Shown here: piece after piece, positions 48,785-58,764 of the stretch
Layout of the letters: every line of letters starts with the position of its first letter
Position numbering within the stretch: the first letter of the stretch is position 1
Source of the DNA: an uncultured virus (IMG/VR IMGVR_UViG_3300025131_007349)
Lineage: Duplodnaviria; Heunggongvirae; Uroviricota; Caudoviricetes
Length of the DNA: 64,000 nt
Direction: 5' to 3' (one strand)
IMG/VR virus record: IMGVR_UViG_3300025131_007349
The notes under the pieces: generated by a model
Told to the model about the DNA's origin: nothing
Seen by the model: only the letters and a program-made list of their open reading frames with translations
Database searches by the model: none
Made by a program: the position numbers and the translations under genes

Positions 48785-51062
48785 AATAAAAATTAAAAGA
48801 TTACTCAATAAAGGGTTATCTATAGAATTATTAAGTAAACTTAATGAGGGTGGCATGAATATGTTACACACTATGGTAATTAAAGAAGAAGAACCTAAAA
48901 CTGCAGAAGAGTTATCGAAAGACCATCTAGCACTATCAACAGCTTATAGTGAGATATCAAAAAAAGAAGAAGAAATGGGTGATTTAGAAGAAAATTTTCC
49001 AGATGCATCAGTAGATGGAAAGAAATTAAAAAAAGATGTTAACGGAAAAAAAGATGTAATAGATGAGAATGATTTAGAAGAAGGTTATGATGAAGATACT
49101 ATACATCCAGGAGAAGGTGAAGTAACACAAGACCCACATCAAGTTGGTCCAGATACGGACGATGGGTTCGGTAACCCAAAAGAAGATGATGACGGTATGG
49201 GTATGTTTGAAGGTGTAACAAAACAACACCTAATAGAAAAATTTGCTTCAAAAGCTCAAGCAAGATATTTTTATGCAAAATCTAATGAACCAGGAAAAGA
49301 AGGAAAGAAATGGAAAAAATATACTAAAGAATTTTCTGATGATACAGAAGATTTTGATACTTTACCTGAGAAAGTTGAACAAGATGAAAGTATAGAGAAT
49401 ACTAACCCTAAATTAGTAGAAAATTGGATAAAAGAAATAGTAGAAAAAAATGCTAGACCTGCGATGACAAAAGCAGAATTAATAAGAACAATTAATGAGA
49501 CAGAAGAGGTTGTTAGTATAGAAGATGTACAAACTGATGAAGAAACCGGTCTACCTGACTGGTTAGATTTTGAATCTATATTGTCGGGTGGTATGGGCGC
49601 TCCTGGTGAAACAGGATTACCTACCATAGCCCCAACAAAACCAGGAATAAAAACTCCACCTAGAAGAAGAGGTACTCCATATAAACCACATCCTGGAGTT
49701 AAACCAAAACCTAAAGCCCTTCCAGAGTATACAAAAGCACAATTATTAGAAGCACCACCAATTGATTATGGTGATAGGCCAGAAAGAATGGCACCGGACA
49801 TTGAACAAAAAATAGGTTCACAAGATTTTCCTTTAGGTGATAACCCAGCATTTCCTGATGTTGACGCTGATGGTATCCCAGATAATTTTGAAGAGTTAGT
49901 AGCATCTGAAAGATTTAAGGATGTTGTAGATAACGTTAAAAAATATACAGGCTTAGAGCAAGTAACACAAAATGAGTTCATGCAACTCCAAATGATGTTA
50001 AGGGACTCAACTATGAAAATATTACAGATAGAATCACAAAATAAAACAGAGTTAGAAACTTTAGCTGTAGACTTGGTAAGAGAATATATGGCACTACCTG
50101 AAGACGCTGTACAATTTGACGCTAAGATTGTGGGTATGGGAGAAGTAGACATGTCAGGATTTCAAAAAGGAGAAGAGGAGGAGGAAGAACCGTCACAACA
50201 AGAAATGAAGAGTGAAGAAGAATTATTTGGCACATTTGAAATGTTTGACGCTGAGAAAGAAAAGAGAAGGTTTATAAATTCTTTAATACAAGGTTCAGCT
50301 AAGAAAGGGCATTATTTGTATCATATGATTCCAGAAAAAATAAATTCCATAAATCCAGAGTTATTAGATTTATATGGTGTTATGATGTCAGTTAATGATT
50401 TAGTATATTGGATTCTGCCAGATGAAACAGCTCAAATGATGGGGCAAGGAGGAGAATCGGCAGCTGGAAAAGAAGAGATAGATATAGAGACAGACCCACC
50501 GACAATTAAAGCTGAAGGAATAACATTCCCAGTTTTAGTACATGAATTAATAAAAGGTGTAATGGAATTATTAGCTTCACAAGGACTTCCTAGTGACCCT
50601 AGAAAAGCTGAAATGGTTATGAAGGAAACTGATACCTTACCAGCAGAAATATGGGATTTAAGGTTAGGTCCAGTAATTTGGTCAAAATTTAGAGCAGCTT
50701 ACCCAGCAGACCTTATGGATGAAGATAAAGCTGAGATACAAAATTATCTTTTCAGTGAATTCACAAGAATGGAACCAGAAGAATTCTTTGATTTAGCAAA
50801 GGAGATTCTATCGGGCACTGAAGAGGGTAAAATGGAACTTCAAAGGATTGTAAAATCTATTATTGCAGATTTACAAGAAGATGATTATGATGAAAGTTTG
50901 AGTTCAGAAGAACCACAACCAACACCACAACCAACACCACAACCCAAACCAAGACGAAGTACGTCACCTGATTTAGATATGGATACTATTCTTGATAAGA
51001 TATTTAATCAAGGTATGGGCTCATTATCACCAGATGAATTGAATTTCTTACAAAGCCAATAG
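48753..51062 (+). CDS. large acidic virion-associated protein
   Basis: 769 aa; acidic N-terminal half with xLxE motifs; globular C-terminal half containing LVHELIKG. Confidence 0.65.
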   Translation: MSKISNTKQNRIKIKRLLNKGLSIELLSKLNEGGMNMLHTMVIKEEEPKTAEELSKDHLALSTAYSEISKKEEEMGDLEENFPDASVDGKKLKKDVNGKKDVIDENDLEEGYDEDTIHPGEGEVTQDPHQVGPDTDDGFGNPKEDDDGMGMFEGVTKQHLIEKFASKAQARYFYAKSNEPGKEGKKWKKYTKEFSDDTEDFDTLPEKVEQDESIENTNPKLVENWIKEIVEKNARPAMTKAELIRTINETEEVVSIEDVQTDEETGLPDWLDFESILSGGMGAPGETGLPTIAPTKPGIKTPPRRRGTPYKPHPGVKPKPKALPEYTKAQLLEAPPIDYGDRPERMAPDIEQKIGSQDFPLGDNPAFPDVDADGIPDNFEELVASERFKDVVDNVKKYTGLEQVTQNEFMQLQMMLRDSTMKILQIESQNKTELETLAVDLVREYMALPEDAVQFDAKIVGMGEVDMSGFQKGEEEEEEPSQQEMKSEEELFGTFEMFDAEKEKRRFINSLIQGSAKKGHYLYHMIPEKINSINPELLDLYGVMMSVNDLVYWILPDETAQMMGQGGESAAGKEEIDIETDPPTIKAEGITFPVLVHELIKGVMELLASQGLPSDPRKAEMVMKETDTLPAEIWDLRLGPVIWSKFRAAYPADLMDEDKAEIQNYLFSEFTRMEPEEFFDLAKEILSGTEEGKMELQRIVKSIIADLQEDDYDESLSSEEPQPTPQPTPQPKPRRSTSPDLDMDTILDKIFNQGMGSLSPDELNFLQSQ

Positions 51063-51102
51063 AATCGCACTCTTAGAATGACTCTGTCGATATTTATTAT
51101 AT

Positions 51103-52836
51103 ATGGACATGAATAAACAAGAATATATATTAGAATACGCCAAGTGTTATAAAGACACTGAATATGCATTGCGCACATATTTAGAAACTTATGATAACAC
51201 AAAGAGTAAGTACGTCCCATTCAAACTTTTCCCAGAACAAATAGACATGGTTAATGACTATGAAAATAACAATGATAATATAGTTTTAAAATATCGTCAG
51301 GCGGGAGTATCTACAGTTACATCAGCATGGATATCTAAAATACTACAATTTTCGTCTAAAGAAAAACCAGAAAAAATACTTATATTAGCTAATAAATTAG
51401 ATACAGCAGTAGAAATGGCAAGTAAAATTAGAAATTTTTTACGACAGTGGCCAGAGTGGATAGATGTAGGATTTTCTAAAGATAAAGACACCCAAAAACA
51501 TTATAAATTAAATAACGACTCAGAAGTAAAAGCTGTCGCTACATCTGTGGATGCTTTGAGAGGGTATACCCCTACAATGTTAATATTTGATGAGGCTGCA
51601 TATATAGAAACTGGTGACGACTTATGGGCGGCGTGTATGGCATCCTTAGCTACCGGTGGTAAAGTTATCGTAATATCTACACCTAATGGTTTTGATAGAA
51701 TATATTATGAAATATTTGACCAATCATTACGAGGATTAAATCAATTTAAAATTAGTAGATTAACGTGGTATAATGACCCAAGATTTAATAAAGATTTACG
51801 ATGGATTAAGACTAAAGATATTACACATTTTTTATTAAATAGAGATGAATACGATGAATCTGAAATTTTATATAATCAATTAGAAAGAGCTGATGAATTA
51901 GAAGAATTAGGATACAAACCATTTAGTGATTGGTTTGAAGAAATGTGCAAAAAACTAAAATTTGATAGAAGAAAAATATCACAAGAATTAGAGTGTGCCT
52001 TTTTGGGGTCCGGAGATAATGTTATATCACCAGATACGATAGAAAATTTAATGAAAAATGTTTGTGACCCACTAGAAGTATGGGTGGGCAATAGCTTATG
52101 GGTTTGGAAGCAACCGAAAGAAGGTCATCGTTATATTATGGGTATAGATGTTTCTAGAGGAGATAGTGATGATTTTACATCTTTTATTATTACAGATTTT
52201 GATGCAAGAGAACAGGTGGTAGAATATTTAGGTAAAATTCCACCAGATATTGCAGCTGAACTTGCAAATAAATGGGCTTTAAAATATAATTGTTTTATTG
52301 TTGTGGACATTACTGGTGGTATGGGTGTATCGACTTCAAGGAAGTTGATAGAACTGGGGTACAAGAACTTATATTATGATAATGTAAAATCTAATGATAT
52401 ATGGAAATTTAATCCAAATCAAGCAGATAAATGTCCCGGAATTAACTTCAATAGTAAAAGAGCACAGATAGTACAAGCTTTAGAAGAACAATTGAGAACG
52501 GGTTTTATTATTAGGTCACATAGATTGATTAATGAGTTTAAGACATTTGTTTATATAAATGGGCGTCCCGACCATATGAAAGGACATCATGACGACTTAA
52601 TTATGGCAATTTCAATGGCATTATATGTATCTCAAAATTCTTTTGCAGAGTTAGAGAGAAATACAAATCAAGCAAAAGCAATGTTAGATAGTTGGGTTAC
52701 ACATGAAACAGCTAGAGAGGAAACAGGGGCAAGACCACAACCAGCGTTCAGGCCACATACAGTTTCAGGTAGGCCAGTTAATATGGACCCAAATAATCCG
52801 AAAGAATATTTATGGTTGTTCGGGGGACTAAAATAA
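51103..52836 (+). CDS. terL: terminase large subunit (T4 gp17-like)
   Basis: LKYRQAGVST, LIFDEAA, ISTPNG, QELEC, GIDVSRG, HDDLIMA. Confidence 0.93.
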   Translation: MDMNKQEYILEYAKCYKDTEYALRTYLETYDNTKSKYVPFKLFPEQIDMVNDYENNNDNIVLKYRQAGVSTVTSAWISKILQFSSKEKPEKILILANKLDTAVEMASKIRNFLRQWPEWIDVGFSKDKDTQKHYKLNNDSEVKAVATSVDALRGYTPTMLIFDEAAYIETGDDLWAACMASLATGGKVIVISTPNGFDRIYYEIFDQSLRGLNQFKISRLTWYNDPRFNKDLRWIKTKDITHFLLNRDEYDESEILYNQLERADELEELGYKPFSDWFEEMCKKLKFDRRKISQELECAFLGSGDNVISPDTIENLMKNVCDPLEVWVGNSLWVWKQPKEGHRYIMGIDVSRGDSDDFTSFIITDFDAREQVVEYLGKIPPDIAAELANKWALKYNCFIVVDITGGMGVSTSRKLIELGYKNLYYDNVKSNDIWKFNPNQADKCPGINFNSKRAQIVQALEEQLRTGFIIRSHRLINEFKTFVYINGRPDHMKGHHDDLIMAISMALYVSQNSFAELERNTNQAKAMLDSWVTHETAREETGARPQPAFRPHTVSGRPVNMDPNNPKEYLWLFGGLK

Positions 52837-52843
52837 TAATTAT

Positions 52844-53128
52844 ATGGGTGTAAGAAAAGTAGGTGGTAATAAATGTGGAAAAGGATTAACTAGAAATCGT
52901 TTTGGGCGTTGTATTAAAAAGAACTTAAGACAAGCACTAGACCAAACGGTTTATGAATGGATATGGTTTCCGCCTGACTTTGATAGAACAAAAATAATAA
53001 ACACTGAAACAGAAAAAGGAAATGTCCAATCAGCAGTTCCATGGAATCCAGCTGGTCCACCAGAACCGGGTCCATGTGTTGTAACGTATGTATTACCAGA
53101 CTATGTTATATGTGATTATGTTGTCTAG
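52844..53128 (+). CDS. hypothetical protein
   Basis: 94-aa ORF between terminase and portal. Confidence 0.55.
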   Translation: MGVRKVGGNKCGKGLTRNRFGRCIKKNLRQALDQTVYEWIWFPPDFDRTKIINTETEKGNVQSAVPWNPAGPPEPGPCVVTYVLPDYVICDYVV

Positions 53129-53167
53129 ATAATTGACAACCGATATTTTTATCGTAAATTTAAGATT

Positions 53168-55036
53168 ATGGCAGAAAAAAAGAATTTAACAGTATTTCAG
53201 AGATTAGCGTCCTTATTTGGTCCACAAGGCCCAAGAGCACCAAAACCATCCTATGATTTTGATAAGGAAGTTCTTTTAAGAACAGACAATAAATCTCAGT
53301 TCGAAAAAGAAAAACTCCAGGCTCAACAGACAGCTTATTTAACTAATCAATGGAGTAAGGTAGAAAATCAACTTTACCAACAAGCAGTATATTATGAACC
53401 TACAAGATTAGCTTCTTATTATGACTATGAATCTATGGAGTTTACTCCAGAAATTTCAGCAGCTTTAGATATTATGGCAGACGAAGCAACTACAATGTCA
53501 GAACAAGGATTTATGTTGAATATATATTCTGAATCAAAAAGGATAAAAAGTATATTAGCAGATTTATTTAATAATGTAATAGACATCGAAACCAATCTAC
53601 CAATGTGGGTGAGAAATACCTGTAAATATGGTGATAATTTCGTATACCTTAAAGTAGACCCTAAGAAAGGACTTCTAGGGGTCAACCAATTACCTAATAT
53701 AGAAATTGAAAGACTTGAAAATAAACCAGACGCATATGGTACTGGGGCATTTGATGGTGACACTGAAGAAAGAAAGATAGAGTTTGGCTGGAAAGATAAG
53801 GACATGATTTTTAAAAATTGGGAAGTCGCTCATTTTAGATTATTAGGGGATGATAGGAGATTACCATATGGTACATCAGTACTAGATAAATCTAGAAGAA
53901 TATGGAAACAATTATTATTAGCAGAAGATGCTATGTTAATTTATAGAACCTCTAGAGCCCCAGAGAGAAGAGTATTTAAAGTGTATGTTGGAAACATGGA
54001 TGATAAAGATGTGGAGGCTTATGTACAAAGAATCGCTAATAAGTTTAAAAGAGACCAGGTTGTAGACCCAATAAATGGTAATGTAGACTTAAGATATAAT
54101 CAGTTAGCTGTAGACCAAGATTATTTTATACCTGTTCGTGACCCAGCAGCACCGATGCCTATAGAAACTTTACCTGGTGCACAGAATTTAAGTGAGATAG
54201 CGGATATAGAATACATACAGAAAAAATTATTAGCAGCATTAAGAGTACCTAAAGCTTTCTTAGGTTTTGAAGAAGTAGTGGGAGAAGGTAAAAACTTATC
54301 ATTACAAGATATTAGATTTGCAAGAACAATAAATCATATACAAAAAGCTATTATACAAGAATTAAATAAGATAGCAATAATTCATTTGTATATATTAGGG
54401 TTTGAGGATGAATTAGATAATTTTACATTAGGATTAACTAATCCGTCTACACAATCAGATTTATTAAAGATTGAATTATGGAAAGAAAAAGTGACACTAT
54501 ATAGAGATTGTGTTACCGACCCAGGAAATGGAATTCAGGCAACGTCATCAACGTGGGCTAAAAAGAATGTATTGGGTATGAGTGATGAAGAAGTTAAGTT
54601 AGACTTACAACAACAAAGAATAGAGAAAGCCGTTGGTGAAGAACTAGGCAAAACAGGTGAAGTTATAACAAGTACAGGTATATTTGATAAAATTGATGAA
54701 TTATACGGAACACCAAAAGTAGGGGGCGAAGAAGGAGCAGAAGCCGGTGCAGATACAGGTGAAGAAGAGGGAGGATTTGGCGAGACACCACCCCCACCAC
54801 CAACAGGAGGAGGTGGAGAAGAAGGTGGTGCACCCCCAGAAGAACCAGCAGCTGAAGAAGGAGGAGCTGGAGGAGCAGATATGGGAGCGGAGTTAGAAAT
54901 AGAAATGTTTACCAGAGAATCGGGCCTTCCATTAATCCTAGAGGACAGGTTAAATAATGGTAGCATCAAACTAAATAAGGGGGTTAAGAAATTGGAACAC
55001 GTTAGTAAGAACCTCGAAGATTTACTAAAAGATTAG
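53168..55036 (+). CDS. portal protein (T4 gp20-like)
   Basis: EDAMLIYRTSRAPERRVFKVYVGNM, DYFIP, IETLPGAQNL, DIEY. Confidence 0.95.
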   Translation: MAEKKNLTVFQRLASLFGPQGPRAPKPSYDFDKEVLLRTDNKSQFEKEKLQAQQTAYLTNQWSKVENQLYQQAVYYEPTRLASYYDYESMEFTPEISAALDIMADEATTMSEQGFMLNIYSESKRIKSILADLFNNVIDIETNLPMWVRNTCKYGDNFVYLKVDPKKGLLGVNQLPNIEIERLENKPDAYGTGAFDGDTEERKIEFGWKDKDMIFKNWEVAHFRLLGDDRRLPYGTSVLDKSRRIWKQLLLAEDAMLIYRTSRAPERRVFKVYVGNMDDKDVEAYVQRIANKFKRDQVVDPINGNVDLRYNQLAVDQDYFIPVRDPAAPMPIETLPGAQNLSEIADIEYIQKKLLAALRVPKAFLGFEEVVGEGKNLSLQDIRFARTINHIQKAIIQELNKIAIIHLYILGFEDELDNFTLGLTNPSTQSDLLKIELWKEKVTLYRDCVTDPGNGIQATSSTWAKKNVLGMSDEEVKLDLQQQRIEKAVGEELGKTGEVITSTGIFDKIDELYGTPKVGGEEGAEAGADTGEEEGGFGETPPPPPTGGGGEEGGAPPEEPAAEEGGAGGADMGAELEIEMFTRESGLPLILEDRLNNGSIKLNKGVKKLEHVSKNLEDLLKD

Positions 55037-55059
55037 ATATTTATATTAAAATATAATTT

Positions 55060-55794
55060 ATGTTTGGTAAAATAAAAAAAGGAATTAACGACATTCTAAC
55101 AGAATCATATTCTAACAAAAAAACATTTAAAAGAAATTTTAATGTATTAATGGGGTCTTTAAGGAAGACTAAAACCCTAAGAGAATTTTTTACACTATAC
55201 GGTGAAATAGATAAACAGAGATTCACAGATAAAAATGAAGCAAGAATTTTCTTAGAAAATATCCTATCTGAATTAAAATCTAAATCTAATGTCCTAATAA
55301 AAGAATCTGACAATATCAATAAACTCTTAGAGAGTAGCCCTTATTATAAAGGTGACACCGAAAAGATATATCAGAAGTTAGACACCCTTATTTTTGAAAA
55401 TTTTTCTTACAACCCAAGACAACATAATGATATAAAAAAAGAATTGGTCGGATTTTTAAATCAACCGGAAAACTCAATTAATGAAACTACCTCTGTAAGA
55501 CATTCTTTATTAGTTTCTAGTTTAGCTAAATTATATAATGAGAAATACTCATCTTTAAGTGAATCAGAAAAAGATAAATTAAAAGAATACCTATCTATTA
55601 AAAGAGACACACTAAAAGAAAAAGTAGACTCCACTAAAGATAACTTAAATAATATATTAAGTAACCTAATTAATGAATCTACTGATGAAGAATTAAAAAA
55701 CAAACTTTTAACGGTAGAAAATGAAGTGGTTAATTGTGGTTACAAGAAGAAAGACTTATTCAGGTTACAACAATTAGAGGAAGACCTATCCTAA
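55060..55794 (+). CDS. head-module hypothetical protein
   Basis: Between portal and protease; many [IL]xE motifs; TATTTAT at 55038. Confidence 0.65.
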   Translation: MFGKIKKGINDILTESYSNKKTFKRNFNVLMGSLRKTKTLREFFTLYGEIDKQRFTDKNEARIFLENILSELKSKSNVLIKESDNINKLLESSPYYKGDTEKIYQKLDTLIFENFSYNPRQHNDIKKELVGFLNQPENSINETTSVRHSLLVSSLAKLYNEKYSSLSESEKDKLKEYLSIKRDTLKEKVDSTKDNLNNILSNLINESTDEELKNKLLTVENEVVNCGYKKKDLFRLQQLEEDLS

Positions 55795-55853
55795 TATTAT
55801 TTTGACTTCTACAGTATTACTTAGTATATTTTATATATAAAGTAGAATATATT

Positions 55854-56285
55854 ATGAAGTCAGGAAAACAAATCAAATTTAATATACATCCTAGTTTTAA
55901 AACTAACTATGGAACTGTAGACTATAGGAATTTTAAATCTCTATATATTAATTTCTCATCCTGGGCCGAGCCAATTAATGAAGTGAGTAATTGGGTTAGA
56001 GTTGTTGGATTGTTAAAAAGAGATATTAAAATGAGTTTAAATGAAGTATTGGACAATAACCTATTCAAATTAGATAAAAATATTGTAGATTTAGACTTAC
56101 GTACCAGTGGTATCGAACCAAACAAAAGAAGTTATGTTTCTTGTGAAATAACATTGTTTCTTAGAGTTAAGGAAGATATCAGGTCTCAGGGTATTAAAGA
56201 TTCTGTATACAAAATAACCCGCCATATTGTAAATCAGAATTTTAGAAATAACAAATACTTTAACTTCCACCCCAATAAAAAATAA
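55854..56285 (+). CDS. hypothetical protein
   Basis: 143 aa; TTGACT-N17-TATATT upstream. Confidence 0.65.
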   Translation: MKSGKQIKFNIHPSFKTNYGTVDYRNFKSLYINFSSWAEPINEVSNWVRVVGLLKRDIKMSLNEVLDNNLFKLDKNIVDLDLRTSGIEPNKRSYVSCEITLFLRVKEDIRSQGIKDSVYKITRHIVNQNFRNNKYFNFHPNKK

Positions 56286-56328
56286 TTTTATTTATCTATC
56301 TTGTATTTATATGTAAAGATATTAATCT

Positions 56329-57036
56329 ATGCGTATACTTGAAGCAAACGAAATCGGTAAAGGAGTCCTATTAGAGAATGATGCGGGGCACATATCTCCA
56401 CATTACGAATTAAATAAAAAAATAATAACAGAGACCAAAGGATTTAAAGATTCCGATGGGGTTTTTATTTATGCTGTTTTACAAAAATGTGGTGTACAAA
56501 ATAGAAATGGTAGAGTATACCCCGCAGAGATACTAAAAAGAGAAGTAGACAAATACCAACAATTAATAGGGCAAGGAAGAGCCTTATCCGAATTAAACCA
56601 TCCAGAATCATCATTAGTAGATTTAGAAAGAAGTTCTCACAGAGTTGTAGAAACTTTTTGGGACGGAGATACATTGATGGGAAAACTCCAAATACTAACC
56701 TCACCAGCTTACCATAAGACTGGGATTATTTCATGTGTGGGCGATATAGCAGCTAATTTATTAAGACACGGTGTTACTCTAGGGATTTCTTCTAGGGGTG
56801 TGGGGTCATTAAAAAGTGAAGGAGGAAAAAATATAGTACAAGATGATTTTGAGTTAATATGTTTTGATTTAGTGTCCTCACCATCAACTCCAGGAGCTTA
56901 TTTATTCAACGACATGAAGGACAAAGACAAATATGCAGAGACGATAGAAGAAGCTATACCACCAGCAGATTATTCAGCCCCAAAATCAGATGCTTTATCT
57001 ATGATGAAGAAGTTAGATAACTTTTTAGATAGGTAA
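56329..57036 (+). CDS. prohead core protease (T4 gp21-like)
   Basis: NRNGRVYP, ELNHP, GISSRGVGSL, FDLVSSPS. Confidence 0.95.
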   Translation: MRILEANEIGKGVLLENDAGHISPHYELNKKIITETKGFKDSDGVFIYAVLQKCGVQNRNGRVYPAEILKREVDKYQQLIGQGRALSELNHPESSLVDLERSSHRVVETFWDGDTLMGKLQILTSPAYHKTGIISCVGDIAANLLRHGVTLGISSRGVGSLKSEGGKNIVQDDFELICFDLVSSPSTPGAYLFNDMKDKDKYAETIEEAIPPADYSAPKSDALSMMKKLDNFLDR

Positions 57037-57138
57037 ACTTACTTTTTAAGGGTTTTGACGTATAAAACACAAACTTTTTACAGTCCCCTTCATATTTATT
57101 TATGAATAAAACTATAATAAAAATATAACAGATAATTT

Positions 57139-58737
57139 ATGAGTAACAAATCCTTACTTGAATCGGCTCTGATTGAAGCCCAACAGATTGAAGAAACTGT
57201 GAAATCCAATGCAAAAGAAATACTTGCTTCTACTATGAAGGAAGAAATTGAAGAACTGGTAAAAGAATCATTATCTAATAATGGTTTAAGAAAACAAAAG
57301 GTAATAAAAGAACAAGAACTCGAAGCAATGGTTGATGACGAAGAAGTTATTGACATAGACGATGAGGAAGATGATGACGAAATGGAAGACGTTTTAGCTA
57401 TGGCGGACGAAGTAGACGCAGAAGAAATTCCATCACCTGAAGGCGAAGACGAGTTTGAACCACTAGACTTAACACAAGCATCCGACGATGATGTACTAAA
57501 AGTCTTTAAAGCTATGGGTGCTGAAGACGGCGTAATCGTAAAACAGGACGATGATGTAATCAGCATAGAAGATGAGGGTACTGGAGAGGAGTACCGAATA
57601 GAATTAGAAGAATCTAAAAAGAGAATCAAAGAAGACCCAGGGGTGACAAGGCCGGGTGAAGATAAGACTGAGATGGACGAAGGTGCAGATGCAGAAATGA
57701 AGGATATTGACATAGAAGCAGGCGACATAGATAATGAAGGTGAAGAAGAAGAGGCAGAAGTAGAATACCAACTTACTGAAGATGAGTATGAATCAGATGC
57801 TGAAAGAGGTGACGTAGACAAATATGAATACGAACAAGGCAAAGAGGCAGCTGAAGAACAAATGTATGAAATCGATATGGAAACAACTCCTGAAGGAGAC
57901 CTAGAAGAAAGATGGGGCTCTAAAAAGGGTGAAGACCCAAGAGTAGATGTTGACGGTGTTGAAAAAGAACGTAAAGACTACATGGAAGAAGATTCCACCT
58001 ACGGAAAAGGCACAGATGATATCCCAACGGGAGACCGTAAAAAGAAAGGTCATTATGGCCGAGGGGGTAAAAGAAAAGAAACAGCCAGAGAAGAAGGTGA
58101 ATCGGATTTTCAAGAAATGTGGCGTGGAAATAATCTAGGTCAGAAAGTTCATGCAGGTAATAGAAGTAATAAGTACAATAAAGCTGCAAGAGAAAAAGCC
58201 GGAATCAACATGAAAGAGTCTAAACGTTCTATAAGAAATCGTTTTATAAACGAAAGAAAAAGAATGGCCGGGACTAAAGTTCTTACTGAAACTATCGATA
58301 ATCTAAAAGGGGAAGTTAATGTTCTTAAAAGCAAAAATGGAGAATATAAAAAAGCTCTTGTAATGTTTAGAGACAAGTTAAATGAAGTCGCTGTATTCAA
58401 TTCTAACTTAGCTTACGCTACGAAATTATTTACAGAACACACAACTAACAAGTCTGAGAAAATTAACATTCTTAGAAGATTTGATTCAGTTGAATCTCTT
58501 AAAGAGTCTAAAGCACTTTATAAAAACATGAAGAAACAACTTTCTTCTAGTACAAAAAGTGCTGTAAAAGAATCTTTAGAAAACAAAAATAGCAAAAAGA
58601 CTGTACAACTTAGTGAAAGTGTACAAAAAAAGATAACTAAAGCTCCTGTGACGGGTGCATCGAACTTGATAGAATCAAGAACGTATGTTGACCCACAAAT
58701 CGCAAGAAGTTTAGATATCATGAGTAAAATAAAATAA
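57139..58737 (+). CDS. prohead scaffolding protein (T4 gp22-like position)
   Basis: Acidic coiled-coil protein between protease and MCP; many LxE motifs. Confidence 0.8.
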   Translation: MSNKSLLESALIEAQQIEETVKSNAKEILASTMKEEIEELVKESLSNNGLRKQKVIKEQELEAMVDDEEVIDIDDEEDDDEMEDVLAMADEVDAEEIPSPEGEDEFEPLDLTQASDDDVLKVFKAMGAEDGVIVKQDDDVISIEDEGTGEEYRIELEESKKRIKEDPGVTRPGEDKTEMDEGADAEMKDIDIEAGDIDNEGEEEEAEVEYQLTEDEYESDAERGDVDKYEYEQGKEAAEEQMYEIDMETTPEGDLEERWGSKKGEDPRVDVDGVEKERKDYMEEDSTYGKGTDDIPTGDRKKKGHYGRGGKRKETAREEGESDFQEMWRGNNLGQKVHAGNRSNKYNKAAREKAGINMKESKRSIRNRFINERKRMAGTKVLTETIDNLKGEVNVLKSKNGEYKKALVMFRDKLNEVAVFNSNLAYATKLFTEHTTNKSEKINILRRFDSVESLKESKALYKNMKKQLSSSTKSAVKESLENKNSKKTVQLSESVQKKITKAPVTGASNLIESRTYVDPQIARSLDIMSKIK

Positions 58738-58764
58738 ATAAAAACATAAAAAAAATATAAAATT

